Source: Monocercomonoides exilis PA203
Lineage: Eukaryota; Protista; Preaxostyla
Assembly (NCBI GenBank): GCA_001643675.2
Contig: LSRY02000042.1
Location: 805,252 to 869,251, forward strand
Direction of reading: 5' to 3'
Length of the DNA stretch: 64,000 nucleotides
The first letter of the stretch is position 1. Each line of letters opens with the position of its first letter. The position numbers and the translations under genes were made by a program. The notes beneath the pieces were generated by a model that saw only the letters and a list, made by a program, of their open reading frames with translations, made no database searches and was not told the DNA's origin. This document shows, in pieces, positions 52,484 to 59,851 of this stretch.

Positions 52484-55306
52484 TTAAAAAGGGACACCAT
52501 TAATACAATTTTGAGATTCATAAAAAGAAGAAGAGTCAAGAAGAAGCTCAAATCTCCTTGAAAGAAGATCTTGAGAAGATTGAGAAAGAAGAGAAGAGTT
52601 AGATGATGTGATATCAGAGTGAAATGACTTCCTTGTTCGTTGCACTTTTTCTTTCATTGTCGAAGATTCGAGGGCAACCAGAGAGCGTTGAGGAAGATAT
52701 CCAACAGCAGATGCACAGACAAATGAGCCCTTGCGCTCAAAGAATAAATAGTCCTTCATGTGAGGGACTGACAGAGATGGCCATGAAATTTGCTGAGATG
52801 GTACATATTCTTCAAAGTACCTCTCATGTGCAGAGTCATTGACAGTTGATGACGATGGAGAAGAACTTGTTGAGGATGATGTTGAGAAAATGTTTGATTG
52901 TGAAGTTGAAGAAGCTGAGTTGGAAGCGTTCATATTGTTTTCGAAGAAGTCGATCAAATCGTGAAGTGTGTTGATGTGTTCTGTCGAAAGATTGTTGTCG
53001 ATTGTGTTAACAAGTGCACCAAATTCACTATCACAAATATTCTTTCCATGGTGCTCAGCGAAGAAATTGAGTTGAGTGTTTTTCTTTTTAAGGAGTTTCG
53101 ATTGTTTGGAGAGGATGAAGTGAAGAAGGAAGCGATTTCGGTTGTGTGGACCAGAATCGCAGAAAAACTTAAAAGTGTGAGTGTCTGTGAAGAAGTGTCT
53201 TTTGATCACAGATTCCAGACACTCAATAACAAATCTGTGATCATTTGAGAGGCAGTCGGAGAAGAAGTTGAATTTTCGTTTTATTTGTTGATTATTAATT
53301 TTTTGAAGAGAGATGATTGTGAATTGGGAGACTTGTTGATAATTGAAGAATTCTTGTTGAAGTTGATTTTTTCTGATGGGGAGTTTCCATTTCTCTTTGA
53401 AGTCAAAGACAAAGACTGCTTCTCCCTCTTTCAGGTTTTCGATAGAAGATTGATAATGTTTGCGTTGCATTTCTGCAACGAGTCGATGTTGACGAAGTAA
53501 TTTAAGTGTATGAAACTCGGCAGAAGAAAGTCCATTTTTGTTTTGTGAAGATTTGAGTTTGTTTTCCAGATAGTTGAGTTTCTCGCACATGCCACAGAGA
53601 TCTGTGCGCCTTTTTGCTTTGGAGAAGTTGGTTGTGAGTTGGTAAAAATGTGACAGAGAAACTTTGATGTTTGTTTCATCTGTAAACTCTTTCCATAATT
53701 TTGTCTTGGGCTTGAAGATTAATCTCTTTTCATTCGGAGAAAAGATGCCCGTTTTCTTTCTTCTTTCTTTCAGTGCTTCCAATATATTGTTAGTTGTTAT
53801 TGATGAAGAAAGTTGTGGAATGGGAGTAGTTTGATATGGTGGTGTGATAAACGATGATGCTGATAATGATGCTGATGATGAAATGTTATTTAAAGTGCTT
53901 GAATTTGATGTTTCTGAAGAAGAAGAAGAACCACCAAATTGAATAGCAGATAGTGTTGGTTTTGTTTTTTCTTTGATATAGAATGTCAGCGAAGGAACGA
54001 AACCTTGTTCATAAAGATCTTTCCATGATGAATTCCAGTTTTCTTTGTCCAATTCAAAGATATCAGAATCGTTGCAAATATTCCACAATGCCTCTCTTAC
54101 TGCCTTCCTTTTCACAACTGCAATGTAATGCCCATTTTGTAGATCTAAACGCTTGAAAAGAATTTGTCCTGAAAGATGATAAATAATCGTTTCCTGATTA
54201 TCTTTTTGAAGATGTTGAATTTTTTCTGTTGAAAACCCTTTGCAGAAAGTGCGCTGATTAACACGATCTGTTTCAATCAGAAGTGTTCTTGAAGGAGCAG
54301 AACGAGCAGCATCAGTGCATTCATGACAGAGGGCTAGCACCTCTGGAAATGCAGCCATTTCCTCCCATCTCGCAGCACAGCATTTCTCTTTGCAATCGTT
54401 GCAATAGACAGCATTTTTTCCGTACAATATCTCAGTAGAAAAGAGAGAAGATAGACCTTTATGAGGAGAGGATGAATTTATGATAACATTGTTACAAGAT
54501 TCATTGAAATGATTAGAAACTTTTTGACATTTTTGACATTTGTGATGAGTGATTAAAACAGGATTGAAGGTATCCTTATTTATCAACTCATCTTTTCGAA
54601 GAAGTTGGTGAAGATTGTTAAACGCCTCAGTCACATTTTGTTGCTGTCTGCGACCATTTCCACAAAAGTCTTCCCATTTGTTGATCAATGGTGGGACCCA
54701 GGAACGCACTGCCATTCTATCTTTAGCCAATTGTTGACAAACACTAATAACACGCGAAGATGTGTTCTTCATAGCTGTTTGTTTTTTGAAAAAAGATGGC
54801 TTTTGTGAAATGATAGAAGACATGCATTGAAGAAGAGAGGCCATATAGCAAGTATTTCCTAAATTTTGCAAGCCGTTAACTGTTTTTGATGAAGAACTGG
54901 AATCTTTGTTAATGTTTGAAAACATCGATGAAGAAGGAGATTGAATTGCAGGAAGAACATCCATTGCGTTGCTGTTTGACATGGTTTGTGCAAAATTATC
55001 ATGAAGCGATAAATCACTATCATCTGTTTGTGTATTATGTTGAGAAGATGAAGTGATGATTTCTTTTGAAAATGACAAAAGAAGATTTTGGAACGCTTGA
55101 GGAGGAATAAGAGTTGGTGAAGTGGCATATTCAACTAATTGATCACTCACCCATACATCATTGTTGCTGAAGGAAGAAGTGTTTGTTGTTTCATTTTGTT
55201 GCTTTTTGGAAGATGAGGAAGATGAGGAAGATGAGGAAGAAGATGGTGTAGTCGTTTTAGGTTAGGGTTAGGGTTAGGTTAGGTTAGGTTAGGGTTAGGG
55301 GTTCAT
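52484..55306 (-). CDS. Ubiquitin-specific protease (peptidase C19) fused to a Sola-like DDD transposase
   Basis: USP Cys box GLQNLGNTCYMASLLQC (~54830-54874), QQN..EAF, CxxC..CxxC finger, His box GHYIAVVK (~54110-54133) and WNICNDS. After a Ser-rich linker come DLCGMC..H, VFDFKE, FFCDSGPHNRN and FFAEHHGKNICDSEFG. The frame stays open upstream of the called GTG (55150) to 55261, and there is an in-frame ATG at 55306-55304. USP call is strong; the transposase superfamily is recalled from motifs. Confidence 0.8.
55257..55303 (+). repeat. Interstitial telomeric tract, 8 units (TTAGG/TTAGGG/TTAGGGG)
   Basis: Direct reading; same orientation as the terminal telomere. Confidence 0.95.
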
Positions 55307-56719
55307 CTGTGCATGGAAGATTAGGGATGGGTTGTGCATGATGTGTGGAATCATGTTGTACATAATTCTAGTATCATTCGGACCTCAAATTTTTGAGCTA
55401 ACCTACGATAACCTTATTTTGTAGGAGGTCCTAAGAAAATCAGTTTTTCATTGAATTTTATCTATTGTGTTATGAATTTGTTCATTGATCATTATATATT
55501 TATGCACATTTGAGATGAAATTCATATTGCATTGAAAGTCATACAACACCTCATGTGCAAATAACCTTCGAAAACTTCTTCTTTCTTTTATATTTTGAGT
55601 CAATGAAATGATAGTAATTACTGAGTCATTGGTGATGTTGCAACCCATGAATATCATTCAACATATTGGAATAGTTCATATGAATGTGCTTATATTAATA
55701 AAACTGATTATTTGAATATTAGAACCTTCGAAAACATTTCAGTCATTTGTTGTGATTTCAATGAAATGAATGAAAATAATTGAGTATATTGATTGAAATT
55801 GACCAACTAGAACTTTGCTCTTGATAGAAATGCGTGCGTTTATTTGACTTTTAATGAGAGTGAAACCCAATGATATTGATGATACAAAATATTTGTATAT
55901 TGCTGAATGAATATTCCCGTTAAGAACCAAAAATTATCTCTCAAAAGAATTAAATGCAAAATTTCTTTGCTATCTTCAGAATTATTATTTTCTTTTTGAT
56001 AGAAACATTTTCATTAATAACCGAAGAATATTCCATTTATCATATGAGGTTCAAACTGAAATATGATATTGAAATTCAAAATGTTGAATGAGTGCAACCC
56101 ACTAATATGATCATTTTGAATATCATTATTGTTCAAGTGTTTTTGAGTGAATGACTGTTTTCATCCTAACCAATGAAAACAACTGATAATGAATGAGAGT
56201 TAATCTTTTTAATCTTCTGATGAATAAGATTTTGATTTCATTCTTTTATCAAAAAAGAAAATGAAACCCAACAATATTTAAGAGAGAGAAGAATATTTTT
56301 TTATTTTGATCATCTTTCAATATTCATTTAGATAAGAACTTGCAACCCAAGAAAACTTCCAATTTTAAAGAAAAAAAAGAATTTAATTTATCTGGATTAT
56401 TTATATTAATCTGAAAATTTATTAATAATATCAATTTGTTATTGAAAAACATTCAATAAACCTCAATAAAATCGAATAATATCAAGAGTGAAAAATATCA
56501 AAAATATTGGTCGTTTGATGAAAGATTAACATCAATTTCATCTGACCTTTGATATTTCTTTCAAAATAAAAAAAGTGAAAAATATAAAAAAAATAAAAAG
56601 GTAATTAACTGGGTATAACTTGGCGAAGCCAAATGAAAATACAATATTTCGGAAAACAATGACTATATAGAAAAAATCAAAAACCAATAAAAATTCAAAT
56701 CAAAAGGTAATAAAAAAGT

Positions 56720-59416
56720 TTATTTTTCATCATCATGATGAATTTCGATTTTTCTTTCTTTAGTATTTCTTTTTTTCATTTCTTTTTTCAAACTAATTTT
56801 TTCCTCAATTTCTTCAGTTTCTTCATCATCAGAATCATCATCTTCATCATTTTCATCAGAATCATTATCATCTTTCAAAATCATCTTTCTTCTCTTCATC
56901 TTTTTCTTTGTCATGTTTTCATCTTTCCAACCTTCGATAACCCCCAAATTTCTGAGACGATCTCTGCAATCACGAGGCATCCTCCCAGGTAACTCAGCAG
57001 CCATCTCAACCATTCTTTTCTTTTCAAAATTCATTTCAAGCAATTTCAAGTCTTCTTCTTCCGTCCAAGGGACCCTTTTTCTGTGACCTTTTTCATCGAC
57101 TTCCCTATGCAAAGAGTGCTCATAGGGGCAAGGTTTCTTTCTTTCATAGACTTTCATCTCTTTCTTTCCTTCAATTTCATCATCCACGAACCTAAGCAAA
57201 TCATCCACTATATCCTCAACACTTTCATTCAAATCATAATATCTTTCATTCAAATGACGAATTCCAACATCCACTCTCGCATTGTTCATTGTCGCAGTTC
57301 TCGATCTGTTCTCCTTGTAGTTTTTGTGCTTGGTATATATTTCACTCGCCTCCTTTTCCATTGCATCATCACTTGCAACATAACGTGCCAAAGCATCTTT
57401 CCAAGCTCTCTGTCTATACAACTTTCTTTTCTCCTCAGTTTTTTTCTCAGTCGTAGAAGTTACTTTTTCAACATTGATTCTCTCTTTGAAAGCTCGACGA
57501 ACCCACTGAATGGCAGTTCTCTCACAAATGTTGTGTTCAATATCATTGTTGAAATTGATGTTGTGAAATGTCTCAGGATTGACAAGAGACATATCGATGA
57601 CTTCATTGTCGATTTTGGTTTTGATGACTCTAGAAGCAACGATGGATGCAGTGATAGCAGGCTTTGCATATCTATTCTGAACCTTCGAATTGGGGATCCA
57701 GCCAGCAATGGCAGCTGTGTACATATAGGCCGAATCCCTTGCATGAGCATCAACACCCGCAGCCAAGATCGCAGAACACATAAACCCACTTCTGAATGAA
57801 TGGAAGGAGAAGAGATCGTGTGGGTACCCAGCAGCTTGAGCACGACGACGAAGACGTTGAGACATTGCATCTCTGGTGAGATTCCATAACCTTTGTTTTT
57901 TCAACATATCACCCAGAACCCAAGAATCGCGATTGTGAAGATCCAAGTCGAATGCATTCTTTAAGTGTTGATTTAACCAGTACAAGCAATTCAAATTATC
58001 CCTCTGATCCAACGTTCCCTCTATTGAAACAGTGTGATTCCAGTTCTGATTGGCCTTTGTAATCCTGAACTTGATCTTCAAAATTTGGGTTTCACCAGAC
58101 TCAGAGGTGATTAAAGCACCGATATCTCCAATCAGCACATTCGACACTGTGATCGCCCTAGCACCAGTGTTGATTGCCACTAACCAAAGAGAAGCTTCCA
58201 TTGCCTTCGTTGGTGACTGATCATTCGTTCTGTCAATGATTCTCTCAACGTCTGACAAAATACACGGTTCCTTCCCTTTTCCATCTCCCTTCGCATTTTT
58301 GTCATTTCTTCCCTCTCTCAAAACCTGAGCGATTGCATGTTCCACTTCATCAGAGATTGGTGATCCTGTTCTCATAATCTCAATTCTCTTCAAACTGCAG
58401 GCGAAAACGTTTTCAATTGTTGATCGTACGTAACAGCGAGATCGATACAAGAACCGAAGAAAAGCAGAAGCATTTGTTTTGTTAAGAGGGTACATTGAAA
58501 TCCTTCGTTGCTCACAGAAAGTTGCATAAACTTGTTCCACATAAGCATGCTTTTCGAGTGTGCTATCAGCATAGCCAGGTCCAGCTTTATCGAATTGTCG
58601 AAGTTCCTCTTCTGTCATTGACATTAACATATTGATTGCCCGACATCTGCGAGGGCTGGATTCACTCTGTTTCTCTTTCATTGATTGTTGTTTCTCCCAG
58701 TCACTCATATCGGCTGTGACTGTTTGTGAAGAAGATGGAGATGATGACGATGATGACATTGAAGATATGGATCTCAACAAGGGCGGGTGATTGTCCAACC
58801 CAAGGAAATCATCTTCTCTATTCTGACTTTCCATTGAATTTCCATTCAGTTGAGTGAATGTGGGTATCTTGAAGGCAAGTTCGACAGATGAATCAGATGA
58901 ATCATAAGTATCAGAAGAATCGGATGAGAGAGTTTCGAGAGAGAACCTTTGATTTTCAGATTCCTTCTCATCCTCTTCTTCAAATTCAGACTCATCCACA
59001 AGAACAACCTCTCTCAATTTCTCCTCTTTCTTCTTTTTCAATAACCCAGAAATCCTTCCTTTCACTTCTCTCTTTCCTTTCTTTCTGTTCTTTTCATTCA
59101 TTCCACCTCTCCCCTTCCTTTCCTTCTTCTTATCCTTATCCACAATTTCCATCTCCTTCCTCTCTTCCACTCCTTCAAAATTCTTTTCCTCTTCCTCAGA
59201 GATCCTTTTCCACAAGCTCTTCTTCGGCGGTGAGAACCATTGATTATCAACCTTTGTCGATGATGAAGGTGACGATGATGACGATGATGGCGAAGATGAA
59301 GATTCACTTACGATAGTCGAAGTCGAAGTAGAAGAAGCAGAAGCAGAAGCAGAAGGACGCCAAGAAGAAGAAACTGAAGCAGAAGGAGGGAGACCTGTTT
59401 CGGAAAATTCCGGCAT
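56720..59416 (-). CDS. Tyrosine recombinase (Crypton/DIRS/Cre-like catalytic domain) with a C-terminal Myb/SANT domain
   Basis: 898-aa intronless ORF. Helical core-binding-like region STLEKH..YATFC..FLRFL; catalytic TGAR (~58160), ITKAN, FSFHSFRSG (~57795) and IAGW..VQNRYAK (~57670). Myb RKRVPWTEEEDLKLL..LPGRMPRDCRDRLRNL (~56947-57082). Confidence 0.88.
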   Translation of the reverse strand: MPEFSETGLPPSASVSSSWRPSASASASSTSTSTIVSESSSSPSSSSSSPSSSTKVDNQWFSPPKKSLWKRISEEEEKNFEGVEERKEMEIVDKDKKKERKGRGGMNEKNRKKGKREVKGRISGLLKKKKEEKLREVVLVDESEFEEEDEKESENQRFSLETLSSDSSDTYDSSDSSVELAFKIPTFTQLNGNSMESQNREDDFLGLDNHPPLLRSISSMSSSSSSPSSSQTVTADMSDWEKQQSMKEKQSESSPRRCRAINMLMSMTEEELRQFDKAGPGYADSTLEKHAYVEQVYATFCEQRRISMYPLNKTNASAFLRFLYRSRCYVRSTIENVFACSLKRIEIMRTGSPISDEVEHAIAQVLREGRNDKNAKGDGKGKEPCILSDVERIIDRTNDQSPTKAMEASLWLVAINTGARAITVSNVLIGDIGALITSESGETQILKIKFRITKANQNWNHTVSIEGTLDQRDNLNCLYWLNQHLKNAFDLDLHNRDSWVLGDMLKKQRLWNLTRDAMSQRLRRRAQAAGYPHDLFSFHSFRSGFMCSAILAAGVDAHARDSAYMYTAAIAGWIPNSKVQNRYAKPAITASIVASRVIKTKIDNEVIDMSLVNPETFHNINFNNDIEHNICERTAIQWVRRAFKERINVEKVTSTTEKKTEEKRKLYRQRAWKDALARYVASDDAMEKEASEIYTKHKNYKENRSRTATMNNARVDVGIRHLNERYYDLNESVEDIVDDLLRFVDDEIEGKKEMKVYERKKPCPYEHSLHREVDEKGHRKRVPWTEEEDLKLLEMNFEKKRMVEMAAELPGRMPRDCRDRLRNLGVIEGWKDENMTKKKMKRRKMILKDDNDSDENDEDDDSDDEETEEIEEKISLKKEMKKRNTKERKIEIHHDDEK

Positions 59417-59621
59417 AGTCTTGTTCTCCTCTGAAAAAACGCCAGAAAATCAACCCAAAAAAATCAAAAATTCAGCAGAGTTTTCCCAAGGAGGGAACAA
59501 ATCAACAGAAAAAAGAACCGAAAAAAACAAAAATTTGAGCATAGTCATCCCAAGGAGAGAATAAAAATAAAAAAAAAACAACCAAAAAATATCAAAAATT
59601 CAGCATAGTCATTCCAAAGAG
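59405..59621. repeat. Four imperfect ~63-bp-period direct repeats overlapping the recombinase start codon
   Basis: Core AAAATT-C/G-A/G-GCA(T/G)AGT..(T/C)CCAA with GCA at 59413, 59475, 59539 and 59603 (spacing 62, 64, 64). Confidence 0.65.
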
Positions 59622-59652
59622 TTAAAAAATCGAAAAAAAACAGACAAAAAAT

Positions 59653-59670
59653 GGTTAGGGTTAGGGTTAG
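59653..59670 (+). repeat. Short interstitial telomeric tract (GGTTAG)x3
   Basis: ggttagggttagggttag, separated from the telomere by ~181 bp of unique sequence. Confidence 0.9.
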
Positions 59671-59851
59671 CGCAGACCGGTAGTCATAAACGAGATTTAT
59701 TTTATAAAATGTCGGTTATAATAAATCCGTAACCTATTTTTCTGATATTTAAAAATATTTAATGAAAGATGATGTAAAAAACATCATGTTCGGTGCATGA
59801 AAAGCAATATTTTCAACAAAATTGATCGTAAAATTAATCAATGTTATGTTA

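Noticed and set aside
1400-59416. Non-standard code (TAA/TAG = Gln, as in some oxymonads) to explain the stops, including those in the 55257 tract
   Set aside because: Paralogues end FVNV with either TAA or TGA at the same position, and the 888-1196-aa ORFs contain no internal TAA/TAG despite AT richness.
56720-59416. Protelomerase (hairpin telomere resolvase) or DIRS retroelement
   Set aside because: The chromosome ends in a conventional TTAGGG array with no hairpin target palindrome, and no RT/RNase H or gag ORF lies near the recombinase.
59405-59621. CRISPR-like array
   Set aside because: The repeats are degenerate, the spacers are A-tracts, there are no cas genes and the context is eukaryotic.
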